Part shown: positions 29,070-43,051 of the stretch, piece by piece
How the letters are laid out: every line of letters begins with the position of its first letter
Position numbering within the stretch: the stretch's first letter is position 1
Source: Octopus vulgaris
Lineage: Eukaryota
Assembly: GCA_951406725.2 (NCBI GenBank)
Contig: OX597821.1
Location: 2,542,001-2,606,000, forward strand
Reading direction: 5' to 3'
Length of the DNA: 64,000 bases
The notes under the pieces: model-generated
Told to the model about the DNA's origin: nothing
What the model saw: only the letters and a program-made list of their open reading frames with translations
Databases searched by the model: none
Translations under genes and position numbers: made by a program

Positions 29070-29285
29070 GGTTTCAAATTTTGACTCACGGCCTGAAATT
29101 TTGGGGACGAAAGTCAGTCGATTCAGCGACTACACTGCTCAAATAGTACTTGTTTTATCAATGCTCAAATGATGGAAGGTAAAGTTGACATCAGCGGAAT
29201 TTAAACTCAGAACGTAAACGCAAAAGAAATGCCGCAAAGAATTTAGCCGGGCGTTCTAATGATTCTGACAGATCGCTTCCTTGCT
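29070..29285 (-). mobile_element. SINE family C (Meta-domain-like), diverged
   Basis: Matches GAAAGGCAAAGTCGACCTCGGCGGAATTTGAACTCAGAACGTAA of the 60560-61343 copies. Confidence 0.6.
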
Positions 29286-30293
29286 GTTCAAAAGGATTGA
29301 GAAGTAAACAACCAAGGGCGCTCCGAAATGTGATATTAACCTGGAATATAAGCAGGTCAGAAAATATAAAAAGACCAAATTTCTGTATGAAAAGGCAGAA
29401 AGGAATTCATAATAGAATGCAACTACTATCATTGAGTTATGTTGTAAATAGCTCGCATGAAACTGCTGAGTATTGCAGTAAAGGATACTTTTAAATTTAA
29501 TCCTTGAAATCTAATGTAATATTTTTAAGTAGATAATGTGAAAATACCGGAGTTTTAACGCATACTATGCCCGGATAGAATGGAATCATACGCGACTTTG
29601 TCACTTGAAAACCATGCATTGTTATTATGTGAATTAGCAGTATCCTCAGTATGAGTGTCGAGATAATAATCTACAATTATGCACTTCAATTCACCATCTC
29701 TAGTCATTCCATATTATATCTTAACTTCCCTCGATAGCTTGGTTGCCACACGAGAATTTAGCCAGCACAAGCCATAAAGTTGTCCCTTTGTTCTAGAATG
29801 AGTGATGAAAAATTGCCTATGTTAGCTTTAATCTCCTTAGAATGTCAGTTAACTCTTGAGGTGGCTTATAATAAAGTAATAACACAGCAATTAGATCTTT
29901 CACACTGACATTAAAGCAGTTGTGTTTCCAGTTCAGAAGGTCGGAAGCAGAGGTAGTCGTCTTGAGCTTTCTATTTCTATTAGTTGCTCCTCAAAAAAAT
30001 CAGGATGGTATGATATACGATACATTGATATGTGACACCGTTCGTTGAAGCAAAATATATTCTGAAAGAAATCAGTACTTAAAAATTCTAAGTTCTTATA
30101 TCCTGGTCTACAGTGTTACAGTAAACTTATATTTTGGTATGTGTCCTTAAAATAGCAGTTGCTACATATTTTTTTTCTAATTATATAATTATAATCACAT
30201 AATCATTTTTCGTTTAGAATGAAAATTAAATAACACGGGTTGTATATTATTCTTCACAGGATACACACCACACACACATATGTATATATACTA

Positions 30294-30361
<68 letters not shown>

Positions 30362-30601
30362 CATCTATCTATCTATACAGTAAAGATTATTTGCCAACAG
30401 AACGTGGCAGTCCTGTTTTAAGACAATGTCACTGTTATCTAGCCCCAGGAAACATCGTCTTAAGCTGGCTATACGGCACAGTATCTGTGTCCTTATATTT
30501 TCGAAGAAGAGAATTAAAATACAATATGTTGACAAATAATCTTTACTGTAGAGTACTGATTCTGAATGTTGGGAATTACAAATAGAATTTTTTAATTATA
30601 T

Positions 30602-31005
30602 AGGCGCAGGAGTGGCTGTGTGGTAAGTAGCTTGCTAACCAGCCACATGGTTTCGGGTTCAGTAGCACTGCGTGGCATCTTGGGCAAGTGTCTTCTGCTA
30701 TAGCCCCGGGCCGACCAATGCCTTGTGAGTGGATTTGGTAGACGGAAACTGAAACAAGCCTGTCGTATATATGTATATATATGTATGGGTGTGTGTGTAT
30801 ATGTTTGTGTTTGTCCCCCTAGCATTGCTTGACAACCAATGCTGGTGTGTTTACGTCCCCGTCACTTAGCGGTTCGGCAAAAGAGACCGATAGAATAAGT
30901 ACTGGGCTTACAAAGAATAAGTCCCGGGGTCGATTTGCTCGACTAAAGGCGGTGCTCCAGCATGGCCGCAGTCAAATGACTGAAACAAGTAAAAGAGTAA
31001 AAGAG
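30602..31005 (+). mobile_element. SINE family A (complete)
   Basis: GGCGCAGGAGTGGCTGTGTGGTAAGTAGC head to (GTAAAAGA)n tail. Confidence 0.9.
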
Positions 31006-31021
31006 TATATATATATTTTTA

Positions 31022-31355
31022 AATATTTATATATATGTTAGCAGTACTCCGTCGATTACGACGACGAGGGTCCCAGCTGATATGATCGACGGAAGAGCCT
31101 GTTCGTAAAAATAACGTGCAAGTGGCTGAGAACTCCACAGACACGTGTACCCTTAACGTAGTTCCCAGGAGGATTCAGAGTATGACTAGACCGGCCCTTT
31201 GAAACACAAGTACTACTCATTTTTGCCAGCTGAGTGAAATGGAGCAACGTGAAAAAAAATGTTTTGATCAAGGACACAACGGATCGCCGGGGGATTGATC
31301 TCATGACCTTACGATCACGAGCCAAATACTCTAGCTACCAAGCCACGCGCCTTCA
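31022..31355 (-). mobile_element. tRNA-derived SINE family B-related
   Basis: Minus head GGCGCGTGGCTTGGTAGCTAGAG; central CACGTTGCTCCA.TTCACTCAGC block. Confidence 0.65.
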
Positions 31356-31388
31356 ATGTATGTATATATATATACACAAATGTATATG

Positions 31389-31472
<84 letters not shown>

Positions 31473-31550
31473 AATGTATATGTATGTATGTATATATGTG
31501 TCAATGTATAGGTGTATATATGTAAATGTGTATTATGTTTTATATATATG

Positions 31551-31611
<61 letters not shown>

Positions 31612-31662
31612 CTTTGTGTGTGTGTGTGTAAATATAATATGTGACAATTATTCGGTAGCCAT

Positions 31663-31723
31663 GATAAAACTCCGAGTTTCGGACGGTGGGGTAGAAATCC
31701 ACGCCGGCATCTCTTCAGTTATC
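31663..31723 (-). ncRNA. Type I hammerhead ribozyme motif
   Basis: gataa-CTGAAGA-gatg..gtgg..ccac-cgtcc-GAAA-ctcggag-TT-ttatc: intact core, 5-bp stem I; 3' side runs into a (CA/TG)n-(TA)n tract. Confidence 0.75.
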
Positions 31724-32135
31724 GGGCAATCCAATAAAAAAAATTCTATGAAAATGACGTTTTAACCAAAAGGAAATTACTTTGTGATTGACCGTCGTTA
31801 AGGGAAAAGAGCTATTGGAATGACCGGTAAGTAAGGGAAAGGAGTAAAGGTAAGGGAGTAAAAATGTTCGTAGTAATCGCGTAAGCGCGGCTGTTCATAT
31901 ATACATATGCGTACCCACACACCAGAGGACATTTACTTATATGTATATACTCCTCCACCTTCACTTGAAACACACACATGCTTACCTACACATCCGCCCA
32001 AAACTATATACATCCCCACATACACGCTCGCACACACTCGCGCATAAAAAAGGTTCATCCACACGTATATATATGCACATGCACAAGAAAGAACAGGGCT
32101 AAAGGCAAAATTCTCACGCACACACGCACGCACAA

Positions 32136-32194
<59 letters not shown>

Positions 32195-33447
32195 CGTGTG
32201 TGTGTGCATGTGTATGCGTGCATGCATAGAGGTATAACAGATCTAAGCATATTTGATAATACTTACATTTTCGTATATTGTCATAAGGAAAATACGTGAA
32301 CAAATATTCTTCGAATTCTATACCAAAAGTAAATTTCTCGAGCGTATAATTACCGGCTTTGAAGTATAATCTAATCCAACTTGTAAACCTTCGGTGAAAA
32401 ATCCGAGGCGAATATAACAGAAGAAAAAAGTATAAGCACACGCGAAATACGAGGTAAAAACTTAGGAAAACATTAAGAAATACTTGCATATACAAGCACA
32501 TACGCAAACGTTTTAGGTATATAGTTGCGTACAAACACAGCCATATATATATATATATGTGCGTAGTGCGTGTATGTGTATACATACATACATACATACA
32601 TACATACATACATACATACATACACACATTCATACGTACATACATACATACAAACATAGATACATACAGTAAAATTATGATATTTGAGTCATTTGTCTTG
32701 TTGACCCCCTTAAGACATGATTAAATTTTAATTATGATTTATGAATTCTGTCTTTCATATATATTTTTTTAATTTTCACATTGAAATAATTACAATTTTC
32801 AGACACATTAATTAATATTTTTTCTTTTAATTTTTTCCTTAGTTCTGTTTATTTGTTGTATTTTATTCATAAGTTTGGTTTATCTATTTTTTTTCAACAT
32901 GATTTCGGTTACCTTTTTCTTTGTAATATTACTTTTCTAATGAAAACAAAACTAAAAGTAATAATGAATAAACCAAATGAAAAAAACAAAAAACAAAAAA
33001 AAAAACCTAAAATTCAACTTGTCAATGTTAAGTTTAATTTATAGTAGATAATGCAATTAAATTTCTACTGAAAAAAATATGCTGCCATTAATCACTTTCA
33101 AATGATATATTTTTCTTTGTTTCTCTTAGTGTTTTAGAGTCTATATATTTAGTTAGTAATAATATTGTCTGTAATGACTTTTTTTTCTAAAATTATATAC
33201 AGGAACAAACTGGTCGCAAGGAGTCGAAAGTGACACAAAACAGAATATCTACACAAGTGAACAGATGCAAGCATACACAAAGAAACACAGGCGAATATTG
33301 TCGTGGTTAACTTATTCCTAAAGTTATATTGCAGGCGAATGCATTTGCGCATGCGCGTATGTATATATATATATATATATATATATACACGCATATGAGC
33401 ATATCTGTACAAAGACACACACGCGTGCAGACGCATATGTGTTTGTA

Positions 33448-33494
<47 letters not shown>

Positions 33495-33502
33495 GTATAT
33501 AA

Positions 33503-33548
<46 letters not shown>

Positions 33549-33886
33549 CTGAGATCCCCTTCCGTCACGACAAAGACCATGGGATTGCACCTAGAAAGTT
33601 AGCCTCCCAGGCACAAGTCCGAGCATGGTTGTTTATGGAAGACCAGCAGTCACCCATGCATACTGGCCTCCCCTATCCATGCCACCAGTGTTATCCAAGC
33701 GAAAGGCAAATGCCGGTGCATTTTGGCACCTGTAACGTCGCAACACATTTCTACAGGTGAGTGCACTGGGGCAACGTCAAGTAAAGTGTCTTGCTGAAGA
33801 ACACAACACGCAGCCCGGTTCGAGATTCGAACTCACAATCTCAGGATCGTAAACTCAACGCTCTAATCATTGAGCCACGTGCCTTC
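33549..33886 (-). mobile_element. tRNA-derived SINE family B-related
   Basis: Minus head GGCACGTGGCTCAATGATTAGAGCG...GTGAGTTCGAATC (A and B boxes); same family at 21555-21810, 56100-56375 and 56440-56750. Confidence 0.75.
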
Positions 33887-33931
33887 ACACACATACACAC
33901 ATACACAAACTCACACACACACACACACAAA

Positions 33932-34003
<72 letters not shown>

Positions 34004-34049
34004 TATATGTATATACATATATATGTGCATATTATATATATTGTATATA

Positions 34050-35340
34050 CGAGGGGCGTTCTATAAGTAATGCCCCTGACCCACTTCCCATAGCAGTAGA
34101 GCAACGAAACTTGGCACAGTTATTCATCTTTTTCTACATAGGAACCACCCAGAGTTACGCATTTCTCCCATCGGTTGATGCAGCTCTGACGACCGTTTCT
34201 GTAGAAGACACCAGCTTGGTCCTCCAGCCACGACGTGACTTCAGAAATCAAGGCTGCATCATCTGGGAAACGCTTTCCTTTCAAAAACAACTTCATGGCT
34301 GGGAAGAGGTGAAAATCAGAAGGTGTAAGGTCAGAAGAGTAGGGGACATGGGGGAGGAGTTCATAGCCGCACGCCTGTCCTTCTGATCTGGCGACACGCG
34401 AGTTGTGGACCGGAGCGTTGTCCTGCAGGAGGAGGATGCCTTTGCTGATCTTGCCCCGCCTCTTGATTTTTATAGCTTCTCTTAATTTCCTCAAAAGTGA
34501 AGCATAATAGGCTCCTGTAATTGTGGCACCATTTGCCAGGGAATATGTCGTCACTACTCCGTCCTGGTCCCAGAAGACTGTGAGCATGACCTTGCCAGCG
34601 GAGGGCTGCACCCCTGCCTTCTTTGGAGGAGGTGAGTCACGGTGCTTCCGCTGCATTGACTGGGCTTTGGTCTCTGGATCATAGTGGCGGACCCAGGTTT
34701 CTTCCTGTGTAATCAGTCTTTTGAAAAATGTTGACTCATCTTCTTGGCACATCTCCAAATTCATCCTCGAGCAATCGACGCGTTCTTGCTTCTGAAAAGA
34801 TGTGAGCAACCTGGGAATCCATCTGGCAGACACCTTTTGCATATGCAAATGGTCATGAATGATAGTTTCCACAGACCCGGTACTAATCGTGATCTCATGG
34901 GCTATTTCACGAATAGTTATGCGTCGATCTTCCAAAATGGCAACCTGAGCTTGACGGACAGATGCCTCATCAATGGCAGAAGGGGGCGACCAGATCTGGG
35001 AGCTGTTTCCACAGAGTTCCAACCATGTTTGAATTCACGATGCCAGCGTTTTACAAGGTCATATGATGGGGCATTATCACAATAAGTTACTTTCATTTCA
35101 TCAAAAGTCTCCCGTGGTGTGCGTCCTTTCAAATACAAAAACCGGATCACTGCTCGACATTCAACAGACTCCATTTCACACTTGACTCAGTTCAAACACC
35201 TGTAAATCAGAAACCACAATTAGTTTAGAGCTGTAATTTGCCACTTAATCTATAGTGATATAAGTAATTGCACATGCAAAATTTCAGCTAGATCGAACAA
35301 CTTCAAGTGGATCAGGGCATTACTTATTGAACGCCCCTCG
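34050..35340 (-). mobile_element. Full-length mariner (irritans/Himar1-like), TA TSD
   Basis: TA|CGAGGGGCGTTCTATAAGTAATGCCC ... GGGCATTACTTATTGAACGCCCCTCG|TA. Confidence 0.95.
34120..35174 (-). pseudogene. DD34D mariner transposase, frameshifted
   Basis: ORFs 35174-34917 and 35022-34120. Motifs WIPRLL, ITQEETW (first catalytic D changed to E), QDNAP and YSSDLTPSDF, with 34 residues between the second and third D. Confidence 0.92.
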
Positions 35341-35364
35341 TATTTTATATTATATACATATAGA

Positions 35365-36163
35365 TATAAACTGCATCGAACACATTGCCACAAACCAGTG
35401 TAAACTTAATTGCAGAACTTGAGGTAATCCAACGAAGTTACACGGAGAAGGTAGCTTCTTTCAACATATGTGCTGTTGGGAAAGATTGAACTTACAATTT
35501 TATCCCTGGAGCGTTGGCCGGTAAGGTATGCCATAATATACATCTGGAAAATCCTGGATTGACTTCTCCCAACATTAAACATTATATATATATATGTTGA
35601 ATTGAACTAGTTTCAGCTCACGAGCTGGGGTTGCTATCTAGTTTCTATTTCACTAATTCTTTTAGAACTTGACATTTGGTACATAACGGAGTCTCAGGCC
35701 GCTGCATTCATCTGCACTTCCTGTTTTGTATTTTAAAAGATGTATGATTCTTGACAGCAAAAGATCTAGTTTTGGTTTGAAGACATCTTCATGCACTCCA
35801 TGTAGGTCTCTCGGGTCTTTCTGGAGCATATAGAAGAGCTGTGGGCCTGTAAATCTCAGAGTACTGAAATATCCCGTCCTATACTTTCATGGCAAAGTTG
35901 GAGACCTTGGTACTCCGTAGTGACGCCCTCTTCTCTCAATTTCAAAGGTTGGGAGAAGTCTATTCAGGATCTTCCAGATGTACATTACGGCATTTCTTTC
36001 CCTCCTACGCTTCAGGGAATAAAATTGTGATATCTGGACTCTTTCCCAACAGCACATATGCTGCATACAAGCTACCTTCTCCGTGTAGTTTCGCTGGATT
36101 TCCTCAAGTTCTGCTATTAAATTTACACTGGGTAGTGGCAATGTGTTCGATACAGTTTATATG
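35365..36163. mobile_element. Inverted pair of CR1/L2-like LINE RT C-terminal fragments
   Basis: 35365-35573 (+) and 35887-36163 (-); LIAELEEIQRNYTEKV...WER...YSLKRRRER...YIWKIL. Confidence 0.75.
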
Positions 36164-36172
36164 TATGTATGC

Positions 36173-36207
<35 letters not shown>

Positions 36208-36210
<3 letters not shown>

Positions 36211-36519
36211 ATAATTGAGGGTAAAATTAATTAGTTATTAATCAATTTCAGCAAGTAGTGTTCAGTATGTAAAAGGACCATTTAAGTCGTATTCAAAATA
36301 TTACGTTATATAATTAGGGCTTAGTAAAATAAACTACTTTGCCACATACTGTAATTTTTTTCTTAAAGTAGTGGAAATAGCTAAAAAAACCTTTTGGCTG
36401 CTATTTCTAAAAATTTCAGTATGTGGCAAAGTAATTTATTTTACTAAGCCCTAATTATATAATATATATATATATACATATATACATATATATTTATATA
36501 CATATACATATATATGCAT

Positions 36520-36617
<98 letters not shown>

Positions 36618-36870
36618 ATAATTGAGGGTAAAATTAATTAGTTATTAATCAATTTCAGCAAGTAGTGTTCAGTATGTAAAAGGACCATTTAAGTCGTATT
36701 CAAAATATTACGTTATATAATTAGGGCTTAGTAAAATAAATTACTTTGCCACATACTGTAATTTTTTTCTTAAAGTAGTGGAAATAGCTAAAAAAACCTT
36801 TTGGCTGCTATTTTAAAAATTTCAGTATGTGGCAAAGTAATTTATTTTACTAAGCCCTAATTATATAATA
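36208..36870. repeat. Two tandem copies (period ~407) of a TA-abutting fold-back element
   Basis: TCAATAATTGAGGGTAAAATTAATT starts at 36208 and 36615; each copy has an internal IR (e.g. 36306-36462). Same family as 53906. Confidence 0.85.
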
Positions 36871-36923
36871 TATATATATACATATATACATATATATTTA
36901 GATACATATACATATATATGCAT

Positions 36924-36979
<56 letters not shown>

Positions 36980-37335
36980 GTATGTATTTATATATATATA
37001 TAAATCACGGCAAGCCACGCATGACGAGCAAAGCGGTAGTCCTCAATAATACACTTGGGAACAGAGGACTATTTTCATATAATGATTAGTGTAGGGAGAC
37101 TTACATTGCATACTTTAAGTTTCTTTCACAACAGTTCGCTGATCATTACACGTCATTAGTTCCTTTATGCCCGATGTGTATAGCCCCATCGATCTCAATA
37201 ATACAGTAAAAAAAAAGACATCGTTGGAATGAGAAAATTTTCCCCGGTTAATTGTATCGTTCAAGAGGATCAGCTGTAGTCTCATTGAAAGAATGTGGAA
37301 AATATCTCCATTATGCGATGATTAAAATAATGTAT

Positions 37336-37681
37336 AGACGCAGCGTTGTGGTAAGAAGTTTGCTTCCGAACCACATGGATCCGCATCCATTCCCACAGCA
37401 TGGCGCATTTAGCCATCATCTTCTCTTATAGCATAGGACGGACCAAAGACTTGTGAGTGGATTTGGTAGAAGGTAACTGAAAGATGCCCGTGGTATATAT
37501 GTATATATATATACTCCTAGACGTAGGAGTGGCTGTGTGGTAAGTAGCTTGCTTACCAACCACATGATTCCGGGTTCAGTCACACTGCGTGGTACCTTGG
37601 GCAAGTGTCTTCTACTATAGCCTCGGGCCGACCAAAGCCTTGAGAGTGGATTTGGTAGACGGAAACTGAAAGAAGCCCGTC

Positions 37682-37755
<74 letters not shown>

Positions 37756-38230
37756 GTACGTGCCTGTATATGTTTATATGTCTGTGTTTGACCCCGAACA
37801 TCGCTTGACAACCGGAGCTGGTGTGTTTACGTCCTCGTAACTAAGCGGTTCGGCAAAAGAGAACCGATAGTATAAGTACTAGGCTTACAAAGAATAAGTC
37901 CTAGGGTGGATTTGCTCGATTAAATGCAGTGCTCCATCATGGCCACAGTCAAGTGACTGAAACAAATAAAAGAGTAAAAGAGTAAAGAGTATATCTATGT
38001 GTGTGTGTGTGTGCCTGTGTGTCTTTGTGTCTGTGTTTGTCTACCACCAACTCTTGACAACCTGTGTTGGTTTGTTTTCATCACCGAGAATTTAGTTGTT
38101 CGGCAAGAGTCCGATAGAATAATTACCAGGCTTAAAAAATGTATCGGGGTTGATTCGTTCGACTAAACACTCTTCAAAGCGTTGCTCCAACATAGCTATA
38201 GTATAATGACTGCAACAAATAAAATAAGAA
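37336..38230 (+). mobile_element. Cluster of SINE family A (old head, full copy 37519-37990, old tail)
   Basis: Consistent with a young copy nested in the internal microsatellite of an older copy. Confidence 0.8.
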
Positions 38231-39864
38231 AATATAATAAATATTATAAGATACGATAAAATATATATTTAAAAACACACCCAAAGTTAAAATACGCAGT
38301 TCGAATTGTCCGACGTAAATCTTTCAACATCGTGTGCAATTGTCACCAAATTCGAATGAATAAAACAACTTATAATATAAAACAAAATTAGAAAAAAATA
38401 CTCCTACTTTAGTAATTTTATCTGTTTTGATGGAAAGTTAGGGTTGTGAACAGAAACCTTGTGAGAACACGGTCCGATATGCAGATCCATTATTGATATA
38501 AAAATCCAGCTTTATATTATAAAAAGGTTTGTCAACTGTTATTTATGGTAGTGGAAAACGGAATCAGTCTTCCTCCAGGCTAGGGAAAGCTGCATTAAGC
38601 TTAGGAAACTGAATTATCTTTTTGCGCAAACTAATCCTTATTTGTCTTTTCGTCTTAAGTCTGCATGCGTATCCCATTTATGCTATTTCTATTTGTCTGC
38701 CAGCATTTTGTTACCTGATGGTAAAATTTATAAAATATATGCAAAAAAAGAAGTTCTGCAACTAGAATAAGATGAAATCCTAACAAGGTATAATCTGTCG
38801 ATATATGTGTAATACTGAATAAAATGGCGGAGCATGACATCTCAGAGTTTCGAGAATAATTTTTCAATGTATGAAGAATTGTAGTTATAGTTTATTGGAA
38901 TTTGTGAAGGCCAATTTGAGGCTGTGTATAATACACGCATTACTCAAAACAACCTAAAGAACGACATAAGAATGCCATGTAAATTTGTAATGTTTGGGAA
39001 TAGCTAGTGTATATATTTTTATTCCTGATTGAGTGGGAATGCAGTGCATGTAACCTTTTACAGACATTTTAGTTCTCTGGCAGATAGGTAGAGAGGAAGC
39101 TATACTCGAACTAGAAACCAGATCAAAAGGATTACAACATGTCGATTTCCTTTAAAAGTACCTAAAATAACAGTTCGTAGCGGCCGAGAGACCTGCGGAA
39201 TAAATCTACCACCTAAACAAGCCCTGGCGGTATTTGGACTAGTAAGGTATGGAGGCGAAACATGGTAGCCTGCGGTAGTCGATCTGATAGATTTACCGTT
39301 CCCTAAGCATAAACCTCACCCTAATCTAATGTGAGAACAGGAGAGGAAAAGTGGGTCTCCGCAGGATTTCAACTGAGAGCAAGATATCTGGATGAAATAC
39401 TTGGTGACATTTTATCCAGTGATGTAACGACTCTGGAAGTACTCAAATGTTGATAAGATGTCTGAAAAATGAATGACTTCGCAACTATTCATGCATTTTC
39501 TAACCGAAGTGGAATAAATACAGAGAGAAAAATTATTGCTCCAAATTTATTCAGTGACGGAACATAGTAGATATTATTCTGAAATTAATCCAAGTCGTTC
39601 GTTTTACCAATATCTACCAATACTCTTTGAGGAGAATATTATGAAAAAAAAAAATACCAGTGATTTACATGCACAGAAAATAATTGGTTGCATAATATTT
39701 GATTTAATACGATATCTCATATCTTCATTTAATAATAAAGTAGCTTGTTGTTATTTGACATAGCAGAAGTGTGTACTCGTTTGTCTCGCTCAAGGAATGT
39801 GATTCGTACTTCTTTCATTAGACAGCAGAACGATGTCAAAGACAACGTTTGTGAGAACATAAAT

Positions 39865-40162
39865 TGTTTGTTCCCTCTCGAGCTACGACTGGCTCATAGG
39901 GGCCGGTTTCCCGGTTTCCTTGGCGTATAGATTCCCCAACTGGACAGGACGCCCGTCCGTCGCAGGTGAGCTACAAGATGCAGGAGGAAAGAGTGAAAGT
40001 TGTGGCGAAATAATCAGTAGAAGTTCGCCATTACCATCTGCCGGAGCTACGTGGAGCTTAGGTGATTCGCTCATAAACACACACATCGCTCAGTCTGAGA
40101 TTCAAACCCGCGACATCTTGAGCGCGAGTCCGCTGCTGTAACCACTAGGCCATGTGCCTCCA
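39865..40162 (-). mobile_element. SINE family B (extra head fragment at 40305-40392)
   Basis: Minus head GGAGGCACATGGCCTAGTGGTTACAGCAGCGGACTCGCG. Confidence 0.75.
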
Positions 40163-40435
40163 CGAGAACATAAATACATATAACAAAATACCTTGAGTTA
40201 TCTTACGCACTAACAATTATACCCGACTGCAAGCCTAATTTTAATAATAGTGACAATAATACAGCTATCGCGATTTACATATCTGTTATTAGATGTTTCG
40301 CTCGCAAACACACACATCACTTGGTTTGAGATTCGAACCCGCAATCCCTCAACCGCGAGTCCGCTGCTCTAACCACTTGGCCATGTGCCCCCATCTGGTG
40401 ACTGATACATGTGACTAAATACGTGTTTAAATCTG

Positions 40436-41052
40436 ATAAGGCGGCGAGCTGGCAGAATCGTTAACACGCCGGGCCAAATTCTTAGCGGTATTTCGTCTGC
40501 CGTTACGTTCAGAGATAAAATTCCGGCGAGATCGACTTTGTCTTTCATCCTTTCGGGTTCGATAAATTAAGTACCAGTTACTCACTGGGTTCGATATAAT
40601 CGACTTAATCCGTTTATCTGTCTTTGTTTGTCCTCTCTGTTCAGCCCCTTGTAGGTAGTAAAGAAATAGGTATTTCGTCTGCCGTTACGATTTGAGTTCA
40701 AATTCCGCCGAGGTCGACTTTGCCTTTCATCCTTTCGGGGTCGATAAATTAAGTACTAGTTTCGCACTGGGATCGATCTAATCGACCAACCCCCTCCTCA
40801 AAAATTTCGGGCCTTGTACCTAGAGTAGAGAAGAATATTTATGTGCGGTGAGCTGGCAGAAAAGTTAGCAGGCCGGGCGAAATGCTTAGAGGTATTTCGT
40901 GTGTCTTTACGTTCTGAGTTCAAATTTCACCGAGTTCGACTTTGCCTTTCATCCTTTCGGGGTCGATAAATTAACTAGTTGCGTACTGGGGTCGAACTAA
41001 TCGACTGTTCCTTTCCCTCCAAATTTCGGGCCTTGTGCCTAGAGTAGAAACG
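40436..41052 (+). mobile_element. Multimeric SINE family C (Meta-domain-like) with 20-bp TSD
   Basis: Three copies of GTCGACTTTGCCTTTCATCCTTTCGGGGTCGATAAATTAA; TSD TAAAYACGTGTTTAAATCTG at 40416-40435 and 41053-41072. Confidence 0.8.
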
Positions 41053-42957
41053 TAAACACGTGTTTAAATCTGTTTTACAGAGATCAAATGCATTCAGCTG
41101 AAAAGAACTGAAGGTCTGAGTTATAGAAAACTAGAATGCTGCAGTTTCTAGCAGAGCGAGTGAATAATCAGGCGCTTCCTATTAAGAATGTTTTATTAGA
41201 ACTAGTTGGTGATCGTGACAGTATAAGCATATACTTATGTTTTTTCTATAGTGTCATTGTTGTTGGCACAGCAAAATGTTACATAAAAGAGTTTGTTTTC
41301 TTTATTTCATTTTCTGGTTATGATTTGAATATATATATAAATGGAAAACATCAACTACACAGGAAGTAGGTTATATGTGTTAAAAATAAGAAAAAAACAA
41401 CAAAGCTCGTAAATGAAAAAAACACAATAATCGATCGTTAGCTTAATATGAAATACTAACCTTTTCTATAGTAGATGTTAACAAGTTTGTATTGAACTTA
41501 TAACATATTTAACATACAAAAATTGTGGTGGTAAATACTGCGAACAAATATGAAATGAGAAATGAAAATAAAAAAACACAATGACAATCAAAATGTCAGA
41601 TAGTTTTCGTTATTCATTTTTAGTTCAGTTCGTTTTGTTTGTTTTGTCTCCACAGATTTTCGTCTGTGCCAATATAAAGTTTCAATGAGATTTATTGTTG
41701 AAGTTAATTTTTTTTTATATCATCTTTTGAAAAAGGTGAAGAATACAGAATAAAAAAATGTTGAGTGCTAACAAAATTTTTTCAGACATTGTTTTCTTGC
41801 TTCAATTATGCGAAGCAGGATGAAGAATTTGAACATAGAAATGTATTTAGCCCGGCATTATAACATTTCTGCTATGTTGTCCCTTTCTTGATGTGTACAA
41901 TATTGATTTTTTTTTTACGATTTGACTTCTAATCTCAAACGGCTAATCATTGAAGTCGTTCAATATATCTTACTGAATTGCCTCCAGCGTGTTGTTCTTC
42001 CTGCATGTTTTACGAAGTCCACAGAAATGAAAGGATGAAAGGATGAAAGGTCAAGTACAATACTGCTAAATTTCAACGCAGTAATTTGAGTGATGATCTA
42101 AGGCAGTAGAAAGGTTTTACGTTGGTATACTAACATATTTCCCCCAAATACCTTGGCCCTCGGCACACAACGGCAGTTTATCTAAACAGCAACTGTTTCA
42201 TAAACAGAACACAATCAAACAACAGTGTAAGTCTCCAAAGAATATAAAGGGATTTCTATCATTAGATTCATAGTGAAATCGATATTCCAAATAGCATTTC
42301 TGTTTGCTTTTATAATTATTTTTTTAATTTGATGGCTATGTTGGAAGGCACAGTGCATATGTCCTTCACAGACTGGATTAGACCGGTACGATTGATATCA
42401 TTAATGTTCGTCTTCAATATTTGTAATTCAACCGTGCTTAAATTATTCATTCTCAATTAGGTTCATTAAAATTTGAGAACAATACACGCTACTGCCATAC
42501 CCCGCCCAAAATTTTTACGTATAAGTATCCAGCACCCACAAATTAATTAGATTTGTTTTAGACAATCAATGAGGTGTTCAATATTATAAAATTATGTATA
42601 AAAAAATGCATCGCTGAGTGGTTACGAACATCGCTTGGCAAACACTTGGTTTCGGATTCCATCACACTCTGCAGCCGTTTCAGCAATTATTTTATACGGC
42701 AGCTCCGGGCTAAGCAATAACTTGTAACTGACTTTCATAGACGATAACTGGGTGGAAAGCTCGGGCACACAAGCACACACAAGCACACACAAGCACACAC
42801 ACACGCACACACGCACACACACACGCACAAAATAATATGGATAATAATTATTTCTTTAATAGATGCAGTGATATTTCAAGCACTGTGCCACAGCGCAGGA
42901 CATTGGATTTTTTTCCCTGTCTCTTTCTGTTTCTGTCTGTCTGTCTATCTGTCTATC

Positions 42958-42990
<33 letters not shown>

Positions 42991-43051
42991 TTCATGGCCC
43001 AACGTGTATACCAAATTCTCTCATATTATATATATATATATATATATATAT

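Noticed and set aside
40436-41052. Regularly spaced direct repeats resembling a CRISPR array (also 60560-61343)
   Set aside because: Long SINE-domain repeats with related spacers, no cas genes, eukaryotic context.
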